Below are positions 15,367-26,595 of a stretch of DNA of 64,000 nt, piece by piece. How positions within the stretch are numbered: position 1 is the stretch's first letter; each line of letters starts with the position of its first letter. The notes beneath the pieces are model-generated. The model was given only the letters and a program-made list of their open reading frames with translations, made no database searches and was not told where the DNA came from. The DNA lies in the IMG/VR virus record IMGVR_UViG_3300045988_157201, one strand, 5' to 3'. The position numbers and the translations under genes were made by a program. Source of the stretch: a virus.

Positions 15367-17904
15367 CTATTCACTGAAAGTCCAAGCTGACTCAATAACA
15401 CTTGTTTGATTTATAGTGCTAAATAGTTTTGTAAATTTCATTTTTAAAGGTTTTGTATTATAGTCTGTATTAAAAGTCAAACTGAAATCAGTATCATCGT
15501 CATACCTAATGTGCATAGCCATAAAAACAGGATATTGACAAATCCCTGACTTCGTTTCTAAAATTACAGAATATCCTAAATACATATCTTCTATATTAAA
15601 TTCGTTGATTTTTAAAATATTTGCTGTACCAACGCTAAATTCATAGCAGTGCTTGCTTATATAAGAATTAAAATCCGATATTACTTCGTTATAAATACTA
15701 TCCAAAGTATTTATAATATCTGTGGAGGTATAAGTATCACTAAAGGTGGCATTTTCGTTAGTCCAATCTCCCTCAATAATAAAATCATTCAATGCCAAAA
15801 TTTCTTTTGATGATAATATTGAGGTGTTTATACCTTTGCTTTCCTTATCTTTAACCATCTTGTAATTCAATGAAAACTTAAGAGAAATTTCTTTCATTTT
15901 ATTATAGTTTTGGTTGTAAGATTTAAGGGCATTATCATAAGACTTCCTTACATTTTCATAAGCATTTGCGGCTTCATATAATTCATTATATAAATTTTTA
16001 CTATGATAATTTTTATAATCGTTAATCGGTTTATCACTTGATGTTAATTCCGCAGTTGCCAAAGGGTAGTCTGTTATATATTTAACTCCACTCGGATAAC
16101 CGTTTGGATAATCGTCAGCTAAATAAATATTAATTTTATCAGCTACACTTCTATAAGAAGTTAACGCCTCTGAAACTTTAGTTTTTAGCTTAACTGTTTC
16201 AAGATTAGCTTCGATTAATTTCCGTGCATAATTAGTATAAGTGCTTCGATTATTTTCTATTTCTTTCAAAAAAGACTGAACTGCGGCAAGCAAAGTCCTG
16301 TTCTTGTCCTTATCAGCAATAAAATCCATATAACTTAAGTAACTATCAAAATTGTATAAAATATTATTACCTGTCGGATTGATTAAGCCAAGTCCGTACT
16401 TATCATCTGCCGAATGAACTCTTAAAGCTGTGACGCATCTACTATCAGTAGTATGCATATTTGTTTGTTTTATCGCATTATCCCAAGATAAATATAAGGA
16501 AGATTGACAACCTAATTTTCCACCAACAAATCCTTTAAGAGAATCTTCATCAACCGTACCACTGATAATATGAATTAATTTTCTATCAGTATCAAAAATA
16601 AAGTAACATTGATATGCTGATTGTACATCGTTAATAAGAAACGAGTATAAATTTACATTGTCCAAATCATCAAAAGTTCTATACTTTGAACAAACATTCG
16701 GAGAAATATATCCAATATTCCAAGTGGGAATAAAGTCTAATATCTGATTTATTAATCCCCTGTCCATTCTTTGCGGAGAGCAATAGGGAATAGGTACACT
16801 TGCTCCCGAAGTTGAGTAATCTCTAAGCCAAGTATTCCCCTGTACAACATCAACTATTTTATCAGGAATATACAGAGGAAGTGTGCTTTTTGATAAAGAA
16901 AAAGTCTTTTTAGAAAGTGTATATTCATAACTATATGCTGTTATATTTTTATACGGAATTACACCTTCGTTAATTTCTTCAATTGAAGTTACCACCCACC
17001 ATTTTGCACCACAAGTAAATTCTTTCAATCCCTCAGATGAACCCTCAAAAGAAGTACAATATCTTTGACCGCTGAACACTTTTATATAGCCATATTTAGG
17101 CGAGTAACCACGGTACGAGTCCTCACTACTTCCATCGTGTTCCAAGTCAAAGAATTCAATCCTAATGTAACCGGTTGTTAGTCGCTCTTCACTATCATCG
17201 TCATAAGGAAATTTAATCTCTACTCTACCTATTGGTAAATATTTAGCGTAGTGTTCTTCCATTCCTTCTTGAACACCAAGATAAGTTTTTGAATCAGCTT
17301 CTCTGTAATAATGAATACGATAACCAAATTTGTTACTACTTAGCATAGCCACAACATCACCTGTGGATACTGGAATAAAATCTTCACAGGCATAATGTTT
17401 ATACGCAGAAACACCGTCATAAACAGCAGATAAATTATCAGATTTGTCTAAAATAGAGCCGTTAGAATCGTTGATGTAACAGCCCCATCGCCAATTATAT
17501 CCACTATTACTTCCAATATCAAACAGTTCTACTTCTTCTTTAACTTTAAAGCCTGATAAATAATTATTCATTTCAAAAGTCATACTTGAATCAGGTCTGC
17601 CATCTTTATTGTTTAAATCAACAAAATAATTATCTTTTATTTTATTCCCACTAAATTTAAAATAATCATTATTGTCATTAAGATATAAAATGCTACCTTC
17701 AACAATATCGTCATAGCATTGATTGTCTATGTATTCATATGATTGCATATCATAGATTTTTTGAGGGATTTTAAATGATAGTTCCGAAGCCGTACCAAAT
17801 CTAATATCTTCTGAAAGATTATTAACACCGTTTATTTGACAAAGAATTTTACGCCTGTCTGGTGTGTATAAAACTATTTCTGGTATTTTATTTATTTTAT
17901 TCAT
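15367..17904 (-). CDS. tail-associated (Tal-like) baseplate/tip protein
   Basis: 845 aa, immediately downstream of Dit, with ATGA-type coupling. Position and size are typical of the siphovirus Tal. Ends with TAG. Confidence 0.6.
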   Translation of the reverse strand: MNKINKIPEIVLYTPDRRKILCQINGVNNLSEDIRFGTASELSFKIPQKIYDMQSYEYIDNQCYDDIVEGSILYLNDNNDYFKFSGNKIKDNYFVDLNNKDGRPDSSMTFEMNNYLSGFKVKEEVELFDIGSNSGYNWRWGCYINDSNGSILDKSDNLSAVYDGVSAYKHYACEDFIPVSTGDVVAMLSSNKFGYRIHYYREADSKTYLGVQEGMEEHYAKYLPIGRVEIKFPYDDDSEERLTTGYIRIEFFDLEHDGSSEDSYRGYSPKYGYIKVFSGQRYCTSFEGSSEGLKEFTCGAKWWVVTSIEEINEGVIPYKNITAYSYEYTLSKKTFSLSKSTLPLYIPDKIVDVVQGNTWLRDYSTSGASVPIPYCSPQRMDRGLINQILDFIPTWNIGYISPNVCSKYRTFDDLDNVNLYSFLINDVQSAYQCYFIFDTDRKLIHIISGTVDEDSLKGFVGGKLGCQSSLYLSWDNAIKQTNMHTTDSRCVTALRVHSADDKYGLGLINPTGNNILYNFDSYLSYMDFIADKDKNRTLLAAVQSFLKEIENNRSTYTNYARKLIEANLETVKLKTKVSEALTSYRSVADKINIYLADDYPNGYPSGVKYITDYPLATAELTSSDKPINDYKNYHSKNLYNELYEAANAYENVRKSYDNALKSYNQNYNKMKEISLKFSLNYKMVKDKESKGINTSILSSKEILALNDFIIEGDWTNENATFSDTYTSTDIINTLDSIYNEVISDFNSYISKHCYEFSVGTANILKINEFNIEDMYLGYSVILETKSGICQYPVFMAMHIRYDDDTDFSLTFNTDYNTKPLKMKFTKLFSTINQTSVIESAWTFSE

Positions 17905-18752
17905 TAAAAACCACCTAATCTATGTAAAGTCTTATACCTATAAGTGAGGCTCTCAATATAAGGTACTATACTTTCTTTTTCGTCTTGCTCATTCATCCAA
18001 TAGGCAGAAAAATTTATTATATTAACTCCATTAATCATTTTTAATGGAGGGGAAAAATTTAAGGGAGGTATTATAGAAATATTTGCACCTGTGCTCGAAC
18101 TACAAGTGCCAAATTTTGTATTTATGTTATAAGTAACATTATTATCTGTCATTGTATCAGACAAATAAATAGTTCCATTACTACCAAGCATTGTTAGATA
18201 AAAAACATCATTTTTCATTGTCTTACTAAACGGTTTTAGTTTTATTTCAATATTAGGAAAAACAAAAAAATCTTTTACCGTCTTTACATTTATTGAATGA
18301 GCTGCTAACAAATTATTAAAAGAAACTTCCTCGTCTTTGTACCAAAAACCACTTGCATTTTGTAATGTACAACGAAAGCCCCTTAGTCCTTGTACATCAA
18401 TAATATCTTCATCAGGGATAAGAATAGCGTTTAAATAATAATTTCTTCTTTCGTCTATTGTCACAAAACGCTTATATCCATCTTGCCCAAATAGCCATTC
18501 TTTTACTTCATCAATTTTATCAATAGGAATTTCATTATCCAAACTTAATATCTCAATTCCAAAACTAAGTGGTTTATCAGCATATTTCAAACCATACAGC
18601 AAATGGTCGGAAGCCTTTGGTAATACATCTGTAACAGCTTCGTATTCTGCACCAGTCGAAACACTCCCAAAAGCACTGCTTTCATAAACAAGCATTAAAT
18701 TGTATTGGTTTGAATTTATCCCATTGTATTCAAATAAACACTCTCTATACAT
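17904..18752 (-). CDS. distal tail protein (Dit)
   Basis: About 280 aa directly after the tape measure. Start taken at MYRECLFEYNG after GGTGGTGA. Confidence 0.6.
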   Translation of the reverse strand: MYRECLFEYNGINSNQYNLMLVYESSAFGSVSTGAEYEAVTDVLPKASDHLLYGLKYADKPLSFGIEILSLDNEIPIDKIDEVKEWLFGQDGYKRFVTIDERRNYYLNAILIPDEDIIDVQGLRGFRCTLQNASGFWYKDEEVSFNNLLAAHSINVKTVKDFFVFPNIEIKLKPFSKTMKNDVFYLTMLGSNGTIYLSDTMTDNNVTYNINTKFGTCSSSTGANISIIPPLNFSPPLKMINGVNIINFSAYWMNEQDEKESIVPYIESLTYRYKTLHRLGGF

Positions 18753-18826
18753 AAATATCACCACCTGTTCTTTCATATATAAGGCATAGACGGAAAATCA
18801 CCTATGCCTTATTTTTATTTACTTGC

Positions 18827-21800
18827 TTATATGTTAAATTTATTATTAACAATAGATGTCATAAGTTTATTAATTGCCATATCAGAAATTCTGTTAGCCT
18901 GTTCTTTGAGAGCATTGACCGTTGTTTGAGTAGCATCGCCTTGAATAACTACATTTATAGAACTTGTCATAGATGTGTTATTAATACGAGGAACATTACT
19001 CTTTTGATTTAGAAAAGCAGAAGGATTAGAAGCTATGTCATATAGTGTGTTAGTCATAGTCTTACTAAATACAGGATTTCCCTCTGGGAGAATAGTATAT
19101 CTACCTTTGCTTAACTGATAGGGGATTAATTCAGTATTAATCCCCTCCTCGTCAACAATAGATAATCCACCTTTTGCAGACTTTGTTCCGTTAGCATATT
19201 TACCGGAAGGAAGGGGTAGATACGCCTTGGTTATGTATTTAGACGGGTTTGCAATCCAAGATGATAGTGTCGGAACTTTTCCAAAAGGAGTATTCACATA
19301 TTCGCTTTCAGATTTATTACCATTTTTATTACCATTGCCTGACTTGTTTCCTGATTTTTTGCTGTCGTCATTAGGCAAAACTTCTAATAATTTTTCAACC
19401 TTTTCACGATAATCATCAATAGCCTGTCCGTTGTTAGTTATGCTTGTTGTAGTGTCATCAATCGAATCACTAACCGAGTCAATAGCGCTTGAAACATCAT
19501 CAATCTTTCCACTAACTGTATAAATTTCTCCTTGCATTATATCAAGTAATGCAAGTGTACCAATATTAGAGTTGTTGTATTCAGATAATGCAATTTGAGC
19601 ATTATCCCAAAGATAGTCAAATTCACTCTTACTCTTAGTTGTATAAGTGGAAATATAATTATACAGTTGTCCGTAAAGTTCACCACTATCGTTATCAATT
19701 CTACTACAAGCATCCCTGTAAAGTTTAACTTCATCACTAAGATAATCGTCAATAGAATTAATAAGATTATCCCAATACTCATCTTGTTGCTCTTTCATTT
19801 TATCAAGAGCGTCTGACCTCATATCATATTCTCTATCAGTAAGAGTATCAAGCATGTCATTGCGACTTGAGTTAAGTGTGTCTTGAGCTTCTTTTGCGTT
19901 CTTTTTGCCGGCACTACTATCATCAAGGCTTGCGACCGCTGACGATAAGGAATCTTTAGCCACTGTATTTTGACTTTCTGAAATCTTTTTATTCCACTCA
20001 TACTCGTTCTTTTCAGTTTCAAGAAGTTCTTTCCTCTTATCAATTAACTCGTCAATAGATTCCTTTTGCTTTTCATACTCATCTTTGATTAATTCATTCT
20101 CTTTTTTGATTAAGTCTGTAACAAGGTCAACTAAATCCGAAATATTACTCTTCGCATCTTCAAGAGATTTTTCCTGCTTTTCAAGTGCGTCTTTTTGATT
20201 TTCAAGAATTTTCTTTTGAGCCTTTAAAGCATTTTCTGCTCCCTCTGTGTACCCAAGGAAAGCATCAGTATTTGATTCTAAAGAAGTTTCAGCTTGGTCT
20301 ATTAAAGCAATATATTGAGAATATTGAGTTAAAACGCCCTTAATGGCGTCTTTGCTTACACCCTCAGCTAATTTATGGGCAATAGCAAGTTTTAATGTAG
20401 CTTCAGTGAGATTATTTGTACTACCTGTTAAATCATCATTACTTTTTGATTGTGTTTCAGTTGACAGAGAATTAATATTGCTAATAGCAGATTGCAATTG
20501 TGTATACTTTAAATTCTCTAATTGAGCCTTCGCAAGAGCAATATAGGATTTTTTGTTTATTTGTAACTGCCCATTTTCATTAAATAAAGTGCTAACATAA
20601 TCATCGCCAGCCTCAATAATATCCTTTAAATTATCAAAGGTAAAATAGCCATTTTCATTGTAATCTGCGACAACAGAACTAAGAGACTCATAAGTAGTAG
20701 CAAGACTATCCATTGTTTTCTTGAGAGTCTCCATTCTTTCAGTTAATCTATCATCTGCTATAGCATATTGCCAATCTTCTGATTTTGTTATTGCTTCTTG
20801 AACAGCACTTGAGAGTTCGGGGAAAATTGAAGCAAGTTGATTTGTAATTTCTACCTGTACGCTTTCCGATTCGGTAGCATCTAAACAAGCCTCTTTGAAT
20901 TTATTAAATTCCTTAGCCGAAGTTGGGATGCCTTCGCTAAGTTCTTTTGAATAAATTGTATTTTGCGCTCTTGCTTTGAGATAATTATTAATTAAATCAT
21001 AGTTATCATCTGTACTATCAGTATCAGCAAAAATTTCTTTTAAAGTTTTGTAATAGTCCGAAGTGATTAATTTATCTCCGCCTTTACCTAACTCATTTGC
21101 TTTTGTTTCAATAGCAGAAATGGCTTTTTGAACTTTGTTATAATAATCTAACATTGTTTCTATGTTAGCAGTGTCAATATTAACACCAAAAGTAAAAGTC
21201 CGATTTCCTATTCCGTTTTGAGTGGCACTGGATGAACCTTCTCCGACATATTTGCCAAGGATATCAGAAGTAATCTTGTAAGCATCTTCACTACTACCAC
21301 CCGAAATGTCTGTTAAAGATTTGTCATCTACCGCTTTCTTTTGAAAAGATGACCTTCCTCTATTTTTGATTTTATCTTCTGTTTCGGCACGAGCTGCGTT
21401 ACTTCTATCATAGGCTGTTTGTAAATCAGCTTTAACTGAAGCCAAAACTGAATCAGCGTATTTTTTCTCCGCATTGGTAGCGTCTCCGAGAAGTTGAATT
21501 TTATCCTTTAACTGCTCGTTAACATTCTTAATAGCAGTCTCTTTTTCCTGTTCAGTTGCTTCTGTTCCAAGACTTGCATATAAGTCCCAAGCCTGCATTG
21601 TTTTATTGATAGCCTCTGCACTTTTATCTGCTTGTTCAATAGTATCTTCGTATGCTTGTCTTTGTGCTTCTTGATATGAGTTCCACATAGCAACACCGGC
21701 ACTGATAGCAATAGTAGCAACTGCTATCCAAGTTGAAACAGATGAAAGAATACCTTTTGAAATTGAAATCTTTTTAGCAGATTGTTCAGCAGCTTCTCCA

Positions 21801-24742
21801 CTTTTGATAAAAGCCTTAGCAGCATTATAAGATTCCACACTAATATGCCCTTCTTCTCTCAACAAGTCAAGATTAGCGGAAGTCAAATTTCGTGTGCCGT
21901 CAGTAATACCTTTTAGTACAATTTCGCCTTTTGTAAACTGTGTCATTTTCTCAAGGTCAGCAACACTTATCTTATGAAAGTCAGATAACAAAACCGCATT
22001 TTTTAAAGATAAAGCCTCAGTAGCCTGTGATAAAGAATTAGTAGCAAGTATCTGTTCCTGAAAGGCTTTTGGTATTTCAGTCGCATTTAAAACCGCTTTT
22101 TTTTGACTGTCAGAAAGTCCTTCTAAAGACTGTTTCATAGCCTCAAATGGCATATTGCCATCGGAATCCTTTAATGATGACAATGTAGATATTTCTGTAA
22201 AAGCAGTTGAAATATTGCTAATATTTCCTTTGATTGTACCTAAGTTCTTTATTAAATTTCCAATTCCTATTGCACTAATGGCAACAGGGAGTAGACCTAT
22301 TTTGTTAATTAAACCGTCTAAGCCATTTACTAAATCAGTTAACGCCCCAACAATATCTTTGATTTCGGAACTATTTATAAAATCTGTTGACAAACTCTGA
22401 AAAGAAGATTGTAAAGTATTTATTCTACCCTCAATACTATCCAACCAACGCTCTTGTTCTTTTAACGCAGACCCGTCTGAATTTTCAGAAGATACAAATG
22501 CTTTTTCAGCCTGTTTAAAGTTAGTAATTAATGCCGCTATTTGGTTGGCTCTTTGCTTTCCTGAAATAGTTTCCAAAAGTTCAGCTTGATTAGTTGAAGA
22601 TAAGCTACTATATACTTCGCTAATTTCTTTTATAATTTCATATGTAGATTTGAAATTATCGTTTTTATCAAAAATATTTACTTTACCATTTGTAAGGTTA
22701 AGAATTTGAGTCTGCATTTTAGAGATAGATTCAACATTATCATCAACTTCCTCACCTAATGACTCAAGTTCACCTTTCATACCTCTTAATCTAAGACTCA
22801 ACACTTTAATGGAGTTACCCATTTCAGAAGCACTTTGGGTAATTTCAGTACCAGCAGTAAGCAGAGCAATAGTTTGGTCTATGTCATTACCTGCAACCGC
22901 TAAAGCCGCAGCCGAGTTAGCAAGTCCGTCACCCAAATCGCCCGAACTAACAGCAAAGTTATTTGATACTTCATTAAGTTTATCAATAATGCTTTCAGAT
23001 TCACTTGCGTTCATATTAAACGCTTTTAATGTTGATACAATAGTAGAAGTGGCTTCATCAATACCACTTAAATCATCACCAACATTTTTATACATAGTTG
23101 CAACTTTAGCCAAATCCTCAGACTCGCTAACAGTATATCCAAGTCGAGCAAAATCCGCTGTTGCATTAATAAAGTCAGACAAGTTAGAACCAAGTTCTTG
23201 CGAGTCTTTTTTAGCATTTTTCAAAAATCTACTATAAGAGCTATCAGTTTCATCTGTAACTTTCTTTAACTCAACCATAGCAGAGTCAACATCTTTTATA
23301 TTTGAGTAAACATTTTTTAAGCCTTGAATAGCAAGATAAAATAATCGCGAAGCACTAAAAAAGTAACCAAAATGTTTCCAAGCCTCTTTTAATCCACTCA
23401 CAAAAGTACCCGTTGCTACTCCTGCTTCCCTACACTTAATCTTGAAAGTTGATAGTTGTGCATTAAATTCTGATAAATCAGCAGTTGTTCTAAGTTCCTT
23501 ACTTTTGGATATAAGATTATTTAATTCATTACTTAGAGAAGTATTATATTTAATCTTTGTCCAAGTATTAGCAAGCAACCTAACTTCACTTTGAGCTTTT
23601 TCAATTTTTGAATTTAAAATTGATTGTTGTTGTGCAGAATCCTTAACTGATTTATTGGCACTTTTGATTTCTGCATCAAATTCTTTATATTTAGCTTTTA
23701 AAACTGATACTTGTGCATTAAATTCTGTTAAGTCAGCATTAGTTTTAAGTTCTTTACTTTTAGATATAAGATTGTTTAATTCATTCTTTAAAGAATCATT
23801 TTCAATCTCACTCCAAGTATTAGCAAGTGTTCTGACTTCGCTTTGTGCTTTTTCAATTTTTGAATTTAAAATTGATTGCTGTTGTACGGCGTCTTTAACT
23901 GGGCTATTAGCACTTTTTACTTCGGCGTTATATTCTTTATACGCTAACTGACATTTTTTTAATTGAGTTTCTAACTGACTAAGTAAATTAAGTTGCTCTT
24001 GTTCAGGAAGATTACCTGAATATTTTGTTCGTAAGTTATTTAATTTTTGTTGTTCTTCTGTTAACTGATTAAATGCATTATCAGTTTTTTCGGTGTCCTG
24101 AATAGGGAAAGCCATATAATTAACTTTTTGATTAAACTCATCTATCTTAAAAGAAGTGTTTTTATAGCTTTCTTGTAATTTATTTAGTCTTTCCTGTTGC
24201 TTTTTAAAAACATTGTCCATTTTGCCATAGTCAGTATTCATACTGCTTATGTGCGCTTCAAACTGTTCACTTTCTTGATTAAACTGATAAACGGCTTTGG
24301 TAGTTCTTTTTAAGCCGTTCTCAAGCTCCTGAACATATGTAACAGTTGCTTTAGTTCCATTTTCAAAATCAACAATGCCCGATTTTGTTCCTGTAAATGA
24401 AACATTTGAAACTTTGCCTAAATTTTTACCGATGTCAGAAGCTACACTTTCAAGTTTTTGCTTTACAACATCAATTTGTTTAACATTTAAAATATCATTG
24501 AAATTAGCTTGTCCTAAGTCAAGCCTCATACCAGAAAAACTATTTTGAATAACCTTTTGTGCTTGCTGTGTAGCTTTTGAAATACCAGATTTGCTAATTT
24601 CATTAACAGAAATGTCAACTTTAACTTTATTAAGTTTACTACCTAAAGTTTCAATTTGTTTGTTTATTTCCTTAACTGCGTGTTCTTCATTAAGTTTCGC
24701 AGTAACTAATATCGTGGATTCGTGACCTATATTTCCTGCCAT
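18827..24742 (-). CDS. tape measure protein
   Basis: 1971 aa, largely coiled-coil, with hydrophobic glycine-rich segments mid-protein. AGGTGGTGA RBS. Lies in the canonical position between chaperone-position genes and Dit. Confidence 0.9.
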   Translation of the reverse strand: MAGNIGHESTILVTAKLNEEHAVKEINKQIETLGSKLNKVKVDISVNEISKSGISKATQQAQKVIQNSFSGMRLDLGQANFNDILNVKQIDVVKQKLESVASDIGKNLGKVSNVSFTGTKSGIVDFENGTKATVTYVQELENGLKRTTKAVYQFNQESEQFEAHISSMNTDYGKMDNVFKKQQERLNKLQESYKNTSFKIDEFNQKVNYMAFPIQDTEKTDNAFNQLTEEQQKLNNLRTKYSGNLPEQEQLNLLSQLETQLKKCQLAYKEYNAEVKSANSPVKDAVQQQSILNSKIEKAQSEVRTLANTWSEIENDSLKNELNNLISKSKELKTNADLTEFNAQVSVLKAKYKEFDAEIKSANKSVKDSAQQQSILNSKIEKAQSEVRLLANTWTKIKYNTSLSNELNNLISKSKELRTTADLSEFNAQLSTFKIKCREAGVATGTFVSGLKEAWKHFGYFFSASRLFYLAIQGLKNVYSNIKDVDSAMVELKKVTDETDSSYSRFLKNAKKDSQELGSNLSDFINATADFARLGYTVSESEDLAKVATMYKNVGDDLSGIDEATSTIVSTLKAFNMNASESESIIDKLNEVSNNFAVSSGDLGDGLANSAAALAVAGNDIDQTIALLTAGTEITQSASEMGNSIKVLSLRLRGMKGELESLGEEVDDNVESISKMQTQILNLTNGKVNIFDKNDNFKSTYEIIKEISEVYSSLSSTNQAELLETISGKQRANQIAALITNFKQAEKAFVSSENSDGSALKEQERWLDSIEGRINTLQSSFQSLSTDFINSSEIKDIVGALTDLVNGLDGLINKIGLLPVAISAIGIGNLIKNLGTIKGNISNISTAFTEISTLSSLKDSDGNMPFEAMKQSLEGLSDSQKKAVLNATEIPKAFQEQILATNSLSQATEALSLKNAVLLSDFHKISVADLEKMTQFTKGEIVLKGITDGTRNLTSANLDLLREEGHISVESYNAAKAFIKSGEAAEQSAKKISISKGILSSVSTWIAVATIAISAGVAMWNSYQEAQRQAYEDTIEQADKSAEAINKTMQAWDLYASLGTEATEQEKETAIKNVNEQLKDKIQLLGDATNAEKKYADSVLASVKADLQTAYDRSNAARAETEDKIKNRGRSSFQKKAVDDKSLTDISGGSSEDAYKITSDILGKYVGEGSSSATQNGIGNRTFTFGVNIDTANIETMLDYYNKVQKAISAIETKANELGKGGDKLITSDYYKTLKEIFADTDSTDDNYDLINNYLKARAQNTIYSKELSEGIPTSAKEFNKFKEACLDATESESVQVEITNQLASIFPELSSAVQEAITKSEDWQYAIADDRLTERMETLKKTMDSLATTYESLSSVVADYNENGYFTFDNLKDIIEAGDDYVSTLFNENGQLQINKKSYIALAKAQLENLKYTQLQSAISNINSLSTETQSKSNDDLTGSTNNLTEATLKLAIAHKLAEGVSKDAIKGVLTQYSQYIALIDQAETSLESNTDAFLGYTEGAENALKAQKKILENQKDALEKQEKSLEDAKSNISDLVDLVTDLIKKENELIKDEYEKQKESIDELIDKRKELLETEKNEYEWNKKISESQNTVAKDSLSSAVASLDDSSAGKKNAKEAQDTLNSSRNDMLDTLTDREYDMRSDALDKMKEQQDEYWDNLINSIDDYLSDEVKLYRDACSRIDNDSGELYGQLYNYISTYTTKSKSEFDYLWDNAQIALSEYNNSNIGTLALLDIMQGEIYTVSGKIDDVSSAIDSVSDSIDDTTTSITNNGQAIDDYREKVEKLLEVLPNDDSKKSGNKSGNGNKNGNKSESEYVNTPFGKVPTLSSWIANPSKYITKAYLPLPSGKYANGTKSAKGGLSIVDEEGINTELIPYQLSKGRYTILPEGNPVFSKTMTNTLYDIASNPSAFLNQKSNVPRINNTSMTSSINVVIQGDATQTTVNALKEQANRISDMAINKLMTSIVNNKFNI
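23450..23945. repeat. about 243-bp (81-aa) tandem duplication inside the tape measure gene
   Basis: The protein repeats ...QQQSILNSKIEKAQSEVR(T/L)LANTW...NELNNLISKSKEL(K/R)T(N/T)ADL(T/S)EFNAQ... The DNA copies are offset by about 243 nt. Confidence 0.8.
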
Positions 24743-24801
24743 ACTCTAATTCTCACCACCTAATGAAAAAGAGATGACAGAAGCCACCTCAATTTTAATT
24801 A

Positions 24802-25353
24802 TTATTTAAATCTATATCCTTTATCATAAAGACTCATCTCAAAAATATCTCTCAATAAGCCACTTCTACTATTTAATTCTTTGACTGTAGCAGCAGCGAA
24901 AGGTCTTGCCTGTAAATACCTGTATTTTTTATTTGACAAATTATTGATTGTATAACCTATTCCACCAAATTTAGCCGTATATTTTTTTTCACCCAATTCA
25001 ATAAGTTCAGGCAAACTAAACGGAGTCTGAAAAACTAAATCACCATAATTATTTAACATTAAATTTGGCTTTGCTTTACTAAAAACAGCCACAGTATGGT
25101 CGAAACTACCCATTCTACCCAATAACTTTTTGTCCCATTCATCTCTATCCAATAAACTATATCGTCTGACATAATGGGGAATATTGTTTTTTTGCCCTCT
25201 ATGATAATGAATTTTATATCTTTTATACACACTGCCCTCGGCGTGAGTTATAGCTGAATCAGTTACATACTCCGACACCTCATTAGACATCACATTATCA
25301 ATATCGTTACTAAGAGCTTTTATAAAATCCTGAACTGAATTAAAAATTGCCAT
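24802..25353 (-). CDS. hypothetical protein (tail module)
   Basis: 183-aa ORF immediately upstream of the tape measure. Confidence 0.45.
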   Translation of the reverse strand: MAIFNSVQDFIKALSNDIDNVMSNEVSEYVTDSAITHAEGSVYKRYKIHYHRGQKNNIPHYVRRYSLLDRDEWDKKLLGRMGSFDHTVAVFSKAKPNLMLNNYGDLVFQTPFSLPELIELGEKKYTAKFGGIGYTINNLSNKKYRYLQARPFAAATVKELNSRSGLLRDIFEMSLYDKGYRFK

Positions 25354-25377
25354 TTTACTTAATCAGTTATCCTTTGC

Positions 25378-26031
25378 TTAAATAAAAGGCTTAAGAACTT
25401 CTTTATTTGAGCCATTTTCAATATTACTGTTCAAAGTTGAAACTTGATTTGCAACCTCTTTAATGCTTGAAAGCATTTTATCATTACCAAAGAGTTCGTC
25501 AAGTTTTTCACTTACCTTGTTAATAATTTTAATACCCTCTTCGCACTCAGAAGTTAAACTATTCAATTTTATCTCGAAATAACTGTTTTTTGAACTTAAT
25601 TTATCTTTTATATAACAATCTACAATATTTTCAATCATCACAAGACTATCGAAATAACACGAAACGCTTTTATCTGTCTTACTACAAACAAAGTCGATTA
25701 TGTTTCTTGCAATTTTATAATTTGTTTCATAGTCTATAATTTCAAATTCTTTTTCATTACCATTAACATCTGTCTCTTTGACCTTTTTTGTAACAAGAGG
25801 AATATTAGTAAAAACTTTTAACCAAGCAATATTTGTAACAACCTCATAATATTGAGGACAATATTCATTATCTATAAAAATTATCTGTTCAGCTAAAATA
25901 GGAACAAAGTCTAAATCAGCAAGTGACTTGATATTTTTATAAACTTCAAACATAAAACCGTTCTCTAAAGTATATGATACACTCTCGTTTTTTGAGAGCC
26001 CTTTAATTTGCGTACTTGTCAATTTTTTCAA
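25378..26031 (-). CDS. hypothetical protein (tail assembly chaperone position)
   Basis: 217-aa acidic protein upstream of the TMP. No slippery-site overlap with the next ORF was seen. Confidence 0.4.
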   Translation of the reverse strand: MKKLTSTQIKGLSKNESVSYTLENGFMFEVYKNIKSLADLDFVPILAEQIIFIDNEYCPQYYEVVTNIAWLKVFTNIPLVTKKVKETDVNGNEKEFEIIDYETNYKIARNIIDFVCSKTDKSVSCYFDSLVMIENIVDCYIKDKLSSKNSYFEIKLNSLTSECEEGIKIINKVSEKLDELFGNDKMLSSIKEVANQVSTLNSNIENGSNKEVLKPFI

Positions 26032-26521
26032 AGAAATCCACCTCTAATAATTTTTGATTTTCTGTTTTATTTAAAGTTGCAACCGTTGGAAACCTTTTTC
26101 TTATTCGTCTTTGTTTTTGAATAAACTCATAATCTAACCAACCACCGTCTACTTTTGAGTAAGCTACCCAATAATAGTCTATCTCTGGAAATGTTTTCCA
26201 AAACAATTTCCTTTTTAATTTAGCCACGGAGTCAGGCATACCCTTAGTGTCTAACACAAATTCTTTGCCATTTGTTAATTTAACATAAAAATCTGCAACA
26301 TATGTAATCGCCCTAACATTATGACCTTTTCTCTTAAATTCATTTTGTAGTACATATTTCTTTTGCAATTCATATTTTGCAATTATGCCACTTTGCACAT
26401 CCGGCAAAATGACTTCCTCATAAAATCTCTTTTCTAAACCACTATCAAAAATAATTCCGTCATTTGAAGTTCGTTTAATAGTATTTTTATCTACATTAAA
26501 TTTTGTTCTGCTTTTTTTCAT
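26003..26521 (-). CDS. DUF1064-family (PD-(D/E)xK-like nuclease fold) protein
   Basis: IFDSGLEKRFYEE...GIIAKYELQKKYVLQ...RAITYVADFYV...FVLDTKG...KLKRKLF follows the DUF1064 consensus (FDS..E...Y..L, itY.aDF, D.KG, lK.KLf). Confidence 0.65.
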   Translation of the reverse strand: MKKSRTKFNVDKNTIKRTSNDGIIFDSGLEKRFYEEVILPDVQSGIIAKYELQKKYVLQNEFKRKGHNVRAITYVADFYVKLTNGKEFVLDTKGMPDSVAKLKRKLFWKTFPEIDYYWVAYSKVDGGWLDYEFIQKQRRIRKRFPTVATLNKTENQKLLEVDFFEKIDKYAN

Positions 26522-26595
26522 TGAGTTATTATACCTTGTTGTAAAAAATGGGAGAAACAGTTTGTCTACCGTCCTCCCATTAAAATTACAAAATA

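Noticed and set aside
19227-23951. Antisense and alternative-frame ORFs inside the tape measure gene (for example 22809-23237, 23655-23951, 19537-19782)
   Set aside because: They lie entirely within a long, well-supported coding frame and lack an RBS. They have low-complexity composition typical of shadow ORFs in AT-rich, repeat-containing genes. The same reasoning applies to 11578-11922, 12016-12270, 13676-14209 and 32529-33155.
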